Made by a program: the position numbers and the translations under genes. From contig NC_068987.1 in NCBI RefSeq assembly GCF_001194135.2, positions 103,845,233-103,909,232 of the forward strand: a stretch of 64,000 nt of DNA, in the 5' to 3' direction. Positions 12,262 to 24,550 of the stretch are shown here, piece after piece. This stretch comes from Octopus bimaculoides. Its lineage: Eukaryota. Positions within the stretch are counted from its first letter, which is position 1; each line of letters opens with the position of its first letter. The notes below the pieces were generated by a model. That model was not told the DNA's origin, did not search any database, and saw nothing but the letters and a program-made list of their open reading frames with translations.

Positions 12262-12500
12262 AAATGATATTCACCAGAAAAAGCTAATGGTGTCTGTTTG
12301 GTGGTCCAGCGCTGGTGTCGTCCACTACAGCTTCATGAGACCTGGTAAGTCAATTACAGCGGATGAATATATCAAGCAATTTGATGAAATGATGAGTGAA
12401 TTTGCAATTAAACAACCAAGATTGGTCAATAGAGACAGGTCACTTGGTCAATAGAGACAGGTCAATTCTTTTGCAAGACAATGCTCGACCATATGTTGCA
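12262..12500 (+). mobile_element. mariner transposase fragment (catalytic core) running into a gap
   Basis: IHQKKLMVSVWWSSAGVVHYSFMRPGKSITADEYIKQ...ILLQDNARPYVA. The LLQDNARP motif is diagnostic of mariner. Small internal duplication ttggtcaatagagacaggtca. Confidence 0.85.
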
Positions 12501-14078
12501 NNNNNNNNNNNNNNNNNNNNNNNNNNNNNNNNNNNNNNNNNNNNNNNNNNNNNNNNNNNNNNNNNNNNNNNNNNNNNNNNNNNNNNNNNNNNNNNNNNNN
12601 NNNNNNNNNNNNNNNNNNNNNNNNNNNNNNNNNNNNNNNNNNNNNNNNNNNNNNNNNNNNNNNNNNNNNNNNNNNNNNNNNNNNNNNNNNNNNNNNNNNN
12701 NNNNNNNNNNNNNNNNNNNNNNNNNNNNNNNNNNNNNNNNNNNNNNNNNNNNNNNNNNNNNNNNNNNNNNNNNNNNNNNNNNNNNNNNNNNNNNNNNNNN
12801 NNNNNNNNNNNNNNNNNNNNNNNNNNNNNNNNNNNNNNNNNNNNNNNNNNNNNNNNNNNNNNNNNNNNNNNNNNNNNNNNNNNNNNNNNNNNNNNNNNNN
12901 NNNNNNNNNNNNNNNNNNNNNNNNNNNNNNNNNNNNNNNNNNNNNNNNNNNNNNNNNNNNNNNNNNNNNNNNNNNNNNNNNNNNNNNNNNNNNNNNNNNN
13001 NNNNNNNNNNNNNNNNNNNNNNNNNNNNNNNNNNNNNNNNNNNNNNNNNNNNNNNNNNNNTGTGTGTGTGTATTCTTTTACTTGTTTTAGTCATTTGACT
13101 GTGGCCATACTGGAGTACTGCCTTAAGGCTGGAGCACCGCCTCTTCTTCCAAACAGTTAAATTTCATATTAGAGTTTTAAAAATGAGAAAAACTGGGTTT
13201 GAAAAAAGTTTCGCAGAATTAAATCCATCTGATGCCTAAAAGAAGGTTTAAGAAATTTCATCTTAACGAAGACCTTGTTTAGGCCATTTTCCCCCAACCA
13301 TTCCCTTTTTCTGTTAGGAGGCTACCTACAGGTGCCAGAGTTTCCTTACTTTAGAGAATATGCCGAGTGTGTTTAATAAAATTACGAAAATAGAATTAAA
13401 CGCTCAAATTACTCAAAAACGCATTTGCATACAAATAGCCTCTCTATTAGTATTTCCAGCGGAACCCCGAGCGACCTAGAGTTCCGGGGAGCCTCGATTA
13501 GAAAACACTGAATTACTGGGTAAGACATTATAGTGTTAGCGAAAGACGTAGATAAAGAGACTATATCTGGTATTAAAGACAGTTTATAGTATCGTTGAAA
13601 GCGTTAAAGACAAGACATCAGTATTTTAATGTTATAGCGAAGTTATGTATCGTTGCGTAAAGGTCTGCTTTTCGATCGGCTAGATATAGAATACCGGAAG
13701 AAGAGAAAATTGTTTTATCTGGTCACTGTAAAGTCGCAGACATCAGAGTAGTACGATCAAGACTGGAATATCGATCGAACGATGAGGTTCGACCAATCTA
13801 TTGCCAGTTCAAAAATGGAATAAATTGGTTTGTTGTGACGAAGACGAACATTCTAACGTTTCAAGCGGAAAACACTGTATACGATCATATATCAGCCTGT
13901 CTGCAGTCTCACTCAACTCGTTAATTGATTTAAAGTATTCGATAAATTTACTAAAGTATTTAATAAAGTATTTGATGTAAGAGGAGTAAGACTGTAAGAT
14001 GCCAAGCAACATGATGTTGCAATTACTGTGTTGTTGTACACGCGCACGCACGCACTCACATACATACATACATCTATA

Positions 14079-14115
<37 letters not shown>

Positions 14116-14690
14116 NNNNNNNNNNNNNNNNNNNNNNNNNNNNNNNNNNNNNNNNNNNNNNNNNNNNNNNNNNNNNNNNNNNNNNNNNNNNNNNNNNNNN
14201 NNNNNNNNNNNNNNNNNNNNNNNNNNNNNNNNNNNNNNNNNNNNNNNNNNNNNNNNNNNNNNNNNNNNNNNNNNNNNNNNNNNNNNNNNNNNNNNNNNNN
14301 NNNNNNNNNNNNNNNNNNNNNNNNNNNNNNNNNNNNNNNNNNNNNNNNNNNNNNNNNNNNNNNNNNNNNNNNNNNNNNNNNNNNNNNNNNNNNNNNNNNN
14401 NNNNNNNNNNNNNNNNNNNNNNNNNNNNNNNNNNNNNNNNNNNNNNNNNNNNNNNNNNNNNNNNNNNNNNNNNNNNNNNNNNNNNNNNNNNNNNNNNNNN
14501 NNNNNNNNNNNNNNNNNNNNNNNNNNNNNNNNNNNNNNNNNNNNNNNNNNNNNNNNNNNNNNNNNNNNNNNNNNNNNNNNNNNNNNNNNNNNNNNNNNNN
14601 NNNNNNNNNNNNNNNNNNNNNNNNNNNNNNNNNNNNNNNNNNNNNNNNNNNNNNNNNNNNNNNNNNNNNNNNNNNNNNNNNNNNNNNNNN

Positions 14691-14722
<32 letters not shown>

Positions 14723-14757
14723 GTGTGTGTGTACACATACATACATATATGTATATA

Positions 14758-15550
14758 CAGGGTACGGAGAATAAATGTCGTCTACGCAAAAATGAAACTA
14801 ACACTGACCTCACATTTTAACAGACATATTTATCAAAATTACATTAAAATATCTTGAAAATACTAAAGAGTAAATTTATTCAATAAAATCGCCATTGGCT
14901 TCAGCCACGGCCTCCAGACGACTTCGGAATCTCCTGTAATACTTCTGGACGGTCTCCTTGTTTAAGTTGGTGAATGCTGCCATAATCCTTGCTGCCTTCT
15001 GTTCATCTTTGGTGTTACAAGGAGTTTTGTTGGTCTCTCACCCAGCTGCGCCCCACACATAACAATCAAGGGGTTGCAGTCTGGGGAGTTAAGTGACCAG
15101 ATGTTAGGGGTGATGCGGTCGCAGAAATTGTCTGACAGCCATGACTGGGTTCCCCTGCTTGTATGGCATGGTGCAGAGTCCTGTTGCCAGACACAGGGTC
15201 TTCCAGCAGCCACCCTCTTGACCCAGAGCAGCACTACCTCCTCCGGACACTTGATGTAGGCCTCCGTGTTGAGTCTGGGGTCGTATGGAAGATGAATGGA
15301 GGCATAACGTCGCCATCACTAGTGATCACTCCAAACACCATGATGTTGACTGGATGTTTGATTTTTACCACTCTCGGTACATGTTTTGGGGACACGGCAA
15401 GCCAACGGCTGTTCTGTGTGTTCACCATCTGTTCGATTTGGAGCTTCCGGAGCGAATGCCAAGCAGTACAGCTTGTCGTTTCCAAATTTCTGGTAAAGTG
15501 AATTGCGTCATGGAGCTGTTTTTCTCACAGACGGTGCCCAACTTACCCTA
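14758..15550 (-). mobile_element. Internally deleted DD37D (maT/Bmmar1-like) Tc1/mariner element
   Basis: Minus-strand VKIKHPVNIMVFGVITSDGDVMPPFIF, RPCVWQQDSAPCHTS and WSLNSPDCNPL. TA|CAGGGT terminus at 14758. The N-terminal MTQFTLPEIWKRQAVLLGIR is joined directly to the catalytic region. Subfamily assignment is from motif recall. Confidence 0.8.
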
Positions 15551-15585
15551 CTATACTGAGTAGTCGACAAAATCAAAAGCAAACA

Positions 15586-18312
15586 ATGCGCATGCGCGAA
15601 ATTAAACTCTCAGTGCTGCCATTAACAAGCAAATCACCAAAACAGTCAAAATCAGTCACCACTATCGCCCCAACATTTTTGCTCAATACACAAGGCATCA
15701 GCCCTTCCACTAATACCCAAAAATGGAAGATCCAATTTATTGAGGACTGGGTTAATGACCATCCACACCATATCCCTTTCTTTGTCTTCACAGAGACCCA
15801 TCTCAATAACCTCCACTTGGAAGCTGAGGTACGAGTGAAGAATTTTACAGCTATCCGTGCAGATAGTGTCGGCAGAAGAAAGGGTGAGACCGCCATTTTC
15901 GTACACGATTCTTTTTCGGCTGAAGCAATGAACGTATTTACCAATGGCTACTGTGAAGCAGCTTATGTGTATAGTAAAACCAAGAATTTAATAGTAGTTG
16001 GGCTCTATAGACCACCCTAACTCCTTTACTACGCTTCAAGGAATGCCTCAACAGTATTAAGTGTTTCATCCATCATTATAATGTTGACAACATATTAACG
16101 ATGGGGGACTTCAACCTTCCCAGTGTTGATTGGTCCACAAACTGCTTGAAACCAGGTTTTTCCACCTCAACCCCTGATAAGGAAGCAATCGAATTGCGTT
16201 TTGATTGCATGGATGAGTTTTTTCCTGGTCCAGCTTGTTCTCGAACCAACAAGGTGTCACAAAAACACCTTGGACCTAGTGTTCAGTAACCGCACTGACA
16301 CTATCCACAATATTGCAGTGGAGAAACACCACTACTCTCAGACCATGACATGGTTCTCTCCGATTTGAGATTTTACCACCCAAAGATCAAATCCAGTGAC
16401 ATCTCTCCAGCCCATCCATTTCATACCATGGATCTTCATAACGCAGACTGGGATGCGATCAATCATGATCTTGCACAAGTTGATTGGGTCTTCTCGCACG
16501 CACACACACACCAACATAAATACATCATGGCAGACATTTGTAGATACTGTAACAAATATATGCGCAAAACATACTCCATTAAGATCAGTCTACAAATCTA
16601 AGTGCAGAATCCATTGAAATAGAAGAGCAATTACCAGAAAACCAAAAAGAATTAACAAGAAAATCAATCAACTTAAATACTTCCAGCAGCAACGCACCCA
16701 TTTGATTGTCATTGCATCACTCGAATCGAAAAACACAACCTCCAAAAAAGCACGAGGACCATCATTAACAAACAAAGAGTAGCTGAGCAGAATTGGGCCA
16801 TTGAGAAAATAAAACTAAATCCCGAAGTGTTCTTTTCATTTGCAAAAAGACATAAAGACGCTTTTTTCCACTGTTGGTCCTCTGGTTGATGAGAACAACA
16901 CTCTACATGGTGATGCGAAATCCATGCGCGAAATACTGCAGAGACAATACTGCTCTGTTTTCAGTAACGCTAATGCGTTTGATCTGGCTAGTATCAGTGA
17001 TGTAAACCCTTAATTAACCATATCTGACATAACTTTTGGTGCTCCTGATATCCTAACAGAAATAAATAAGATCAAGCACAACTCGGCAGTAGGTCCCGAT
17101 AAGTTCCCAGCCACTGTCTTGAAGATGTGTCGACACCAACTTGCACCCCCTCTTCCTGAGCTCGGGGGAAACTCACTTGATGCAGGCTACATTCCTGATC
17201 ATTTTCTTTCCCAGTCTATCGTTCCAGTCTTCAAAAAGGGGGAACAAATCTCTTCTAGTGAACTGCCGTCCGATTTCACTCACCTCTCATATCATTAAAG
17301 TATTTGAGAGGGTGGTGAGATCGCGAATAACTCACTTCCTCGAAGACAACAGTCTGCTGAGCCCCAACCAGCATGGTTTCCGTGATGGCAGGGACTGCCT
17401 GTCGCAGCTTCTACACCATTTTAATGACATCTTAAAAGCGTTGGGAGAAGGCTCCAACACTGACGTCACATACCTTGATTTCAGCAAGGCATTTGACAGA
17501 GTGGACCGCAAAATCCTGCTGAAGAAACTGTCCAACAATGGAGTCCATGAAAAGCTGCTGCAGTGAGTAAAGTGTTTCCTCACAAGCAGAACCCAACATG
17601 TTGTATTTGAGGGAATACGATCCAGCTCATCCAGAGATAATAGTGACGTCCCACAAGGTATTGTGTTGAGCCCACTCCTCTTCATTGTCTAGATCAATGA
17701 CATAGTGGACGTCATCAAACATTCTACATTGAAAATCTTTGCAGATGATTCTAAACTCCAGAAAGCCATAAACGGTATGGGAGACCGAACATGTCTTCAG
17801 TCGGATCTGTTTGCTGTTGTCCAATGGGCGGAAAAAACAATATGCTTCTAAATGAAGATAAGTTTGATTTTATCCACTTTGGAAAAGAGGACACTCTGAA
17901 ATTACCATATGCTCTTCTCTCAGGCGACTCCCTAGTGACATCCAACAACACCAGAGACCTTGGAGTAATCGTTGATAACAATCTAAGCTGGAGTTCCCCC
18001 ATAAACAGCAAGATTGACTTGGACCGCAAGATGTGCTCCTGGATTCTGAGGACTTTCCGGTCTAGAGATGCCCACACCATCATCCTTCTCTACTCTACTT
18101 TTGCCCGACCCCACCTTGAATACTGTTGTCCACTGTGGTCTCCCCATACGAAGCAACTCATTATGAAAGTGGAAGCACTCCAGAGATCAATAACAAGAAA
18201 GATAGACGGCATGGGAGGCATTGATTATTGGGGTCGACTAAAAAAGCTCAATCTCTACTCTCTCCAACGCCGCCGGGAACGCTACATCATTTGTGTTATG
18301 TGGTTTCTAAGT
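15586..18312 (+). mobile_element. Decayed non-LTR retrotransposon ORF2 (APE endonuclease + RT, CR1/Jockey-like), 3'-truncated
   Basis: APE motifs FVFTETHL, VVGLYRPP, MGDFNLP, LDLVFSN, SDH. RT motifs NCRPISLTS, NQHGFR, YLDFSKAFDRV, VPQGIVLSPLLF, FADDSKL, RDLGVIVD, RPHLEYC, LYSLQRRRER. Many stops and frameshifts. Confidence 0.93.
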
Positions 18313-18638
18313 TAAGATCATAAGTTTACATTTATATCAATGACAATTGGTGCACTTAGTTTTTTAAGTAAATCCTTAAATGACAATTTAGATAAATTGG
18401 GGTTTTCAGAAAAAAGAAATCAACGAGCTAACATGCACATTATGAACACAATCTGTAAGTGGAACAGTAAAAAATAGGCAAAGTTTAGAATGTGATTTTG
18501 TTTTTATTATCTACATTCCAAAATTTGAGCTTTGTTTCGTTGCTAGAAGCCAGTTTTTCCTTCGCAAGAAGACTACAAATAACTAAAAGTAGAAGACACA
18601 CACGTACGCACATACACACGTATCACACATACATACAT

Positions 18639-18675
<37 letters not shown>

Positions 18676-19135
18676 TATAAAAACAAGAATGGAGAGTTAG
18701 TTCTGAAATTCTTTACTTAGAGCCTCCTTATATACGTATGTCAGTGAAAATTCTAAGTCCAAATTACACACACAGACACACACACACATATATATATACG
18801 TGAAGAGGTGTGGAATGCTCACTATGATATCTGGAAAGCAGAATCCCGTAATCTCATTCAGTAATTTACAGTTTTTCTACTATTAGGAGCATTGCTCGCA
18901 GAACTGAGTGCTTGTAGAGAGAGAGACAGAGACAGAGAGAGAGAGAAAGTAAATAACAGGACATGTGTCAATGTGACACCTATTTTCCTCGTGTGGAGTG
19001 TCATTTGTGACCGGTTACGAAAACGTAAGGTAACGCGAGTCACACTCGTGCTCGCTCGAGCTGCTAAAAATGCCTTCGTTGTAGGGATTGAGGTAACGGA
19101 ATTGTTAGAGCGTCCGAAAAAATGCCTTCTAGTAT

Positions 19136-19693
19136 TTCTCTTTACTCTTTTACTTGTTTCAGTCATTTGACTGTGGCCATGCTTTTAGTCGAGCAAATCG
19201 NNNNNNNNNNNNNNNNNNNNNNNNNNNNNNNNNNNNNNNNNNNNNNNNNNNNNNNNNNNNNNNNNNNNNNNNNNNNNNNNNNNNNNNNNNNNNNNNNNNN
19301 NNNNNNNNNNNNNNNNNNNNNNNNNNNNNNNNNNNNNNNNNNNNNNNNNNNNNNNNNNNNNNNNNNNNNNNNNNNNNNNNNNNNNNNNNNNNNNNNNNNN
19401 NNNNNNNNNNNNNNNNNNNNNNNNNNNNNNNNNNNNNNNNNNNNNNNNNNNNNNNNNNNNNNNNNNNNNNNNNNNNNNNNNNNNNNNNNNNNNNNNNNNN
19501 NNNNNNNNNNNNNNNNNNNNNNNNNNNNNNNNNNNNNNNNNTATACGACAGGCTTCTTTCAGTTTCCGACTACCAAATCCACTCACAAGGCTCTGGTCGA
19601 CCCGAGGCTATAGTAGAAGACAGTTGCCCAAGGAGCCACGCAGTGGGACTGAACCCGGAACCATGTAGTTGGTAAGCAAGCTACTTACCACAC
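19136..19693 (-). mobile_element. SINE family A copy spanning a gap
   Basis: Tail ctttactcttttacttgtttcagtcatttgactgtggccatgc, core gggcttctttcagtttcc (variant) and head gggactgaacc..cttaccacac. Confidence 0.8.
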
Positions 19694-19852
19694 GTTAACG
19701 TTTCATGCTTTGGATTCAAATGCCGCCGCAGTCAGCTTTGTTTTTCATCTCTCCGGGTTCGATAAAATTAAAAAGTACCAGTCCTGTAACTGAGTCAAAC
19801 GTATTAACCATTTCATCTCAAAAATGCTTGTCTTGTGCCTAAATAATAATAA

Positions 19853-20092
19853 TAATCTTCTCTACTCTAGGCACAAGGCCCGAAATTTGGTGGGAGAGGG
19901 CCAGTCGATTAAATTGTCTCCAGTACGCAACTGGTACTTAATTTATCGATCCCGAAAGGATGAAAAGTAAAGTCGAACCCGGAGAGATGAAAAACAAAGC
20001 TGACTTCGGAGGCATTTGAACCCAAAGCATAAAAAAAAATTAAGAGAAATACTACAAAGCATTTTTTCGGACGCTTTAGCAATTCCGTTACC
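19853..20092 (-). mobile_element. SINE family B copy
   Basis: actggtacttaatttatcgatcccgaaaggatgaaaagtaaagtcga is the reverse complement of the family B core. AAT tail at ~19843-19856. Confidence 0.75.
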
Positions 20093-20790
20093 GCAATGCC
20101 TACAACGATAAATTGTGAAACGATCTTATTTACAAGGGAGATGACTCATAAATATTTAAGAGTTATTCCCCTTGCATGTTTATTTTTTATTAATATTTTA
20201 TCTAATCTGAGATTCTACCTTGGAATTGAATCATGTACCATCACAGTAGATATATGTTACTCATTCAAAACGTATGTATAACATTAGTTTTTATTTTTAA
20301 TAGTATTATATATTGTATAAGTATCAAAATATTTTATCCACCTATGATCTAGTAAATGAATCTATTCCATGACATCTTTATTAGTAACAGAACCTTCATA
20401 ATGTAAAATACTATTTAAAAAAACATTTGTGAATATAACGTTATATATTTGTTTTGAAGGATTAACATAACTCTACTACGGTGATTTATATAGAGGTAAA
20501 TACCCCGCAAGGGGGACTATGTTACAAAATAAATCTCATTTAGTGATTTTCCATCAGAGTATCTCGGACAGCCAATAAAATTTTCAGCTGACCCTCGTAC
20601 GTACGTACGTACATACACTTCCTGCTTTATACCTATTATTACTGAAGAAACAGGATACATACCAACTCATCTGGAGCAAAGTATGCCTGAACTTCGGATG
20701 TTGGAAAGAGAATGCAAAATTTTTATTCATATGCTAGAATTGACCATGATATCTAAGACTGTAAAACTTGCAAAACCTTATGACTTAAAG

Positions 20791-21006
20791 CAGCATTTCT
20801 TAAACTTTTTTCATTCATGATCCCATTTCTCATCACGAAATTTTTCACGAGCCCAGGTATTAAATATGACACACCACATTAAATATTTTACGTTTGTGAA
20901 ATAATATATAAACTGAAATTCAAATGTTTGGATTTAATTTTCGCGACCCCAGCATTTAGCTTCATGACCCCATTTGGGGTCGTGTTCCATAGTTTAAGAA
21001 GCGCTG
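20791..21006. mobile_element. hAT-type MITE (216 bp)
   Basis: TIRs cagcatttctaaact / agtttaagaagcgctg with a perfect 8-bp TSD ACTTAAAG (20783-20790 and 21007-21014). Confidence 0.88.
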
Positions 21007-21361
21007 ACTTAAAGAATGATAGTTATAAGATAATTTCCTTCACAACTTTGCTATGTAGGTGGCCAGTCAAAATTTACTCTAAAATTAGAAAGAGAACACA
21101 CACACACACACGTGTACGTCTGTACATATACACACACGTGTGTACAGGCTTAACCATTTCGCCAACAGTTTCGCTTTATCACGACGTTGATGTGGATTTG
21201 TTTTCACTATACGTCATGAGTAGGTGTCTTTAGCCATAGCATTGGGTCAACAAAGACTTGTGAACGAAACATGAAACTATAGGATTCCATTGACTATATA
21301 TATATTAAATGGGGTGGGGTGAAAGAGCCAGTAGAGTATCAAAGAAAACTGAAATAGTTCT

Positions 21362-21715
21362 TTGGAGCATCGCCTTTTAGTCGAAAAAATCAACCCCAGA
21401 ATTTATTCTTTGTAAGCCTACTAATTCTATCGGTCTTTTTTGCTGAACTGCCAGGTTATGGGGACGTAAGCACACCAACATCGGTTGTCAAGTGATGGTG
21501 GGACAGACACACACACACACAAATATATATACATATATTTATATAGAAACACACGACGGGCTTCTTTCAGTTTCCATCTACCAAATCCACTTACAAGGCT
21601 TTGGTCAGCCAAAGGCTACAGTAGAAGACACTTGCCCAAGGTGCCACGCAGAGGGATTGAACCTAAAACCACGTCATCGGGAAGCAAGCTTCTTACCCAA
21701 CAGCCACGCCTCCTG
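21362..21715 (-). mobile_element. SINE family A copy
   Basis: Aligns by eye over its whole length to the 63120-63489 copy (gacgggcttctttcagtttcc core, gcaagcttcttacc head). Confidence 0.8.
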
Positions 21716-23321
21716 TATTGACTTTAAGTTTTCTTCTTTACAATGTCAATAAAATATGTACCAAACACTGAGGAAGTGCTACAACACAGCCAGTCTTAAA
21801 TAACTGAAGTATATAAAAGAACAAAATTTATATGTACAGAACATGATCATTTAGTCTTATTACTTGATCCCTTGCCAATAGAAAAAGAGCTGGTTTCTAA
21901 CCTAGATCCAAAACTCGTTCATTGGAATTTTAAAAACGTCAACATGACAGTTGTACTGTATGTGTGGGTATGAGAAAGTATTTCGAGTCAGAGCAATTGC
22001 AAATCTGTATACTTTGTTTTATGTGTGTATACTGACACATGTACTTGCATGTCTAGACACAAGTATGAATGTTGTTTGTATATATGTATGTTTCTGGGGC
22101 TTTTTTTTTTTTATCTGAAATCTTCCTCTGAGGAAGGGGCTGGTTTCTAATAAAGATACAAAGCTCTAATGTTGGAATACCCTTTTATTGGAATTTCGAC
22201 GCTTTCAACAGAGTATATAGATATATACGTATATATATTACACACACACATACAAATAATAGGAAGAAGACAGAAGATTCAACAATCTTTAAGGATTTGT
22301 TACAATTGGTTCTGTACCAACTCTACCTGCAACACCAATTTTTGCAAAAACTCGAAGTGAAGACTTATGTAAGGTTTGCGGCTTTAGACATTAGAGAGGT
22401 AATTCAGACTTACAAATATATATGTGTATATATATATACATATATGCACATATATATATGAATATACATATGTGTACACACTGGATGCACTCTCTTGCCT
22501 TCAAAAGCTTTCTCTCTCTCTCCACTTCTGGTCACTTTACCCATGTAACCACACACGTGCTTTTCTCCAACAATTCTTTTCCTTCTCTGCAGACCTTTCT
22601 TCTTCTTCCCAATTTCTGACAAAGATCCATGCTTGAAACATCACACACACCCTCTTTTTTTTTCTATCTTAAACTGAGCATCAACCTACATTCACTGCAT
22701 ATGTCCTTTTGACTCTTGTTGTTTTTATTCGTTTTCGATTTACCTATATGTTTGCATACATCCACGAAGATGCAAAGATATCAGTACATACATGGATCTG
22801 ATCACATGCTAAGCTTTTTGAATGTTTTACATATTTTAACAGTGTGCTTAATAGCTTGTAGCTGTAATATCTTGATTATGCAAAAGGATTGGTTGGAGGT
22901 CTAACCTTCCAAGTTTTTTTTTTACAGGGCTTGATAAAACTGAAGGACTGCTGAAATAAATGTGTGAATATGAGAGGTGAATATGTTGCATAAAATCATA
23001 ATTAATTGATCCTCGTGTATTTTCTTTTACCCAAAGCCAGGAACTTTTCAGTAGCCCCTTAGATATGTATATATCTGATCATTAGTCAGGGAATACTTTG
23101 AGAAGCTCCTTCCCAACTGAATTCAGAGAGAGAGAGAAGTGATGTCTATCATCAATAAAGGAGAGTGTGTCAAGTACCAATAGTTATGATACAATTTCTC
23201 ATTATTTGAAATAATTTCTTGTTACATTTTCTTTTTCTTTTGTTACCCCTATCAAATTAAGCAGTTCCTTGAGGCCTGTTTCATTGCTAGTTGCTTGCTG
23301 TCATATTAACACTTACTTAGG

Positions 23322-23525
23322 TGGTGGTGAGCTGACAGAACTGTTAATATGCTGGACAAAATGCTTAGCAGCATTTCACCCATCCTTAAGTTCTGAATTC
23401 AAATGTCACCAAGAACAACTTCGCTTTTCATCCTTTTGGGGTCAATAAAATAAATACTAATTGAGTGCTGGGGAGGAGAGGGGAAAAATTTCAGGCCTTG
23501 TGCTTATAGTAGAAATGATATTAGT
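23322..23525 (+). mobile_element. SINE family B copy
   Basis: gagctgacagaactgttaa head, cttttcatccttttggggtcaataaaataaatact core, ggccttgtgcttatagtagaa tail. Confidence 0.7.
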
Positions 23526-23761
23526 ACTCACTTCTAATTATGAAAAATAAATCTTACTCTTAGATATTAAAAATAGGAAAACTGAATTTTGTTTATTCCT
23601 GAATATGTAACCAAGTAACAATGAAAGTGTTTTACTGAAAAGGACATTGCATAGTTTTCAAACTTCAGTTCATTTTCATAAAGTTCTAAGATATGTCTTC
23701 TAAGTCTGCAATCCTACCTGGTTTCATTGGTTAAACAAGGAAGGATTATCAGAGGGTATAT

Positions 23762-24165
23762 TCTCTTTTACTCTTTTACTTGTTTCAGTCTTTTGACTGT
23801 GACCATGCTGGAGCACCGCCTTTAGTCAAGCAAATCGACCCCAGGACTTATTCTTTGGAAGCCTAGTACTTATTCTTTCGGTCTCTTTTGCCAAACCGCT
23901 AAGTTACGGGGACATAAACACACCAGCATCGGTTGTCAAGCGATGTTGGGGGGACAAACACAGACATACAAACACATACACACATACATATATATATACA
24001 TATATACGACAGGCTTCTTTCAGTTTCCATCTACCAAATCCACTCACAAGGCATTGGTCGGCCCAAGGCTATAGTAGAAGACACTTGCCCAAGATGCCAC
24101 GCAGTGGGACTGAACCCAGGACCATGTGGTTGGTAAGCAAGCTACTTACCACACAGCCACTCCTA
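23762..24165 (-). mobile_element. SINE family A, near full-length copy
   Basis: Complete tail-core-head arrangement. A-box-like GTGGCTGTGTGGTAAG and B-box-like GGTTCAGTCCC on the minus strand. Confidence 0.85.
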
Positions 24166-24247
24166 CTGTTCATACATTATTAAGAAAGTTCATTTAAGTT
24201 AACTGAATGGTTAACCTGCACTGAATTTGAACTCACAATAAGCCACT

Positions 24248-24550
24248 TTGTGACCCTGGCAGTGCTGGTACCATGTGATAAGCATCCAGTCTACACTGTA
24301 AAGTGGCTGGCGTTTGGAAGGGCATCCAGCTTTAAAAACCGTGCCATAACTGACCTCACCTGTGCTGGTGCCACATTAAAAAAACTCAGTCCACTCTGCT
24401 GGGTGGTTGGTGTTAGGAAGGGCATCCAGCCATAAAAACCATGCCAAAACAGACTAAGAAGTCTGTTGCTGTTTTCTGCCAGTCAGCTCCTCTCAAACCA
24501 TCCAACCCATGCCAGCATGGAAGGCAGATGTTAAACGATGACGATGATGA
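24248..24550 (-). mobile_element. SINE-like family C copy (CAT-tailed)
   Basis: ggaagggcatccagc..ccatccaacccatgccagcatggaaggcagatgttaaacgatgacgatgatga, shared with copies at 39030, 50262, 51063 and 58085. Confidence 0.75.
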
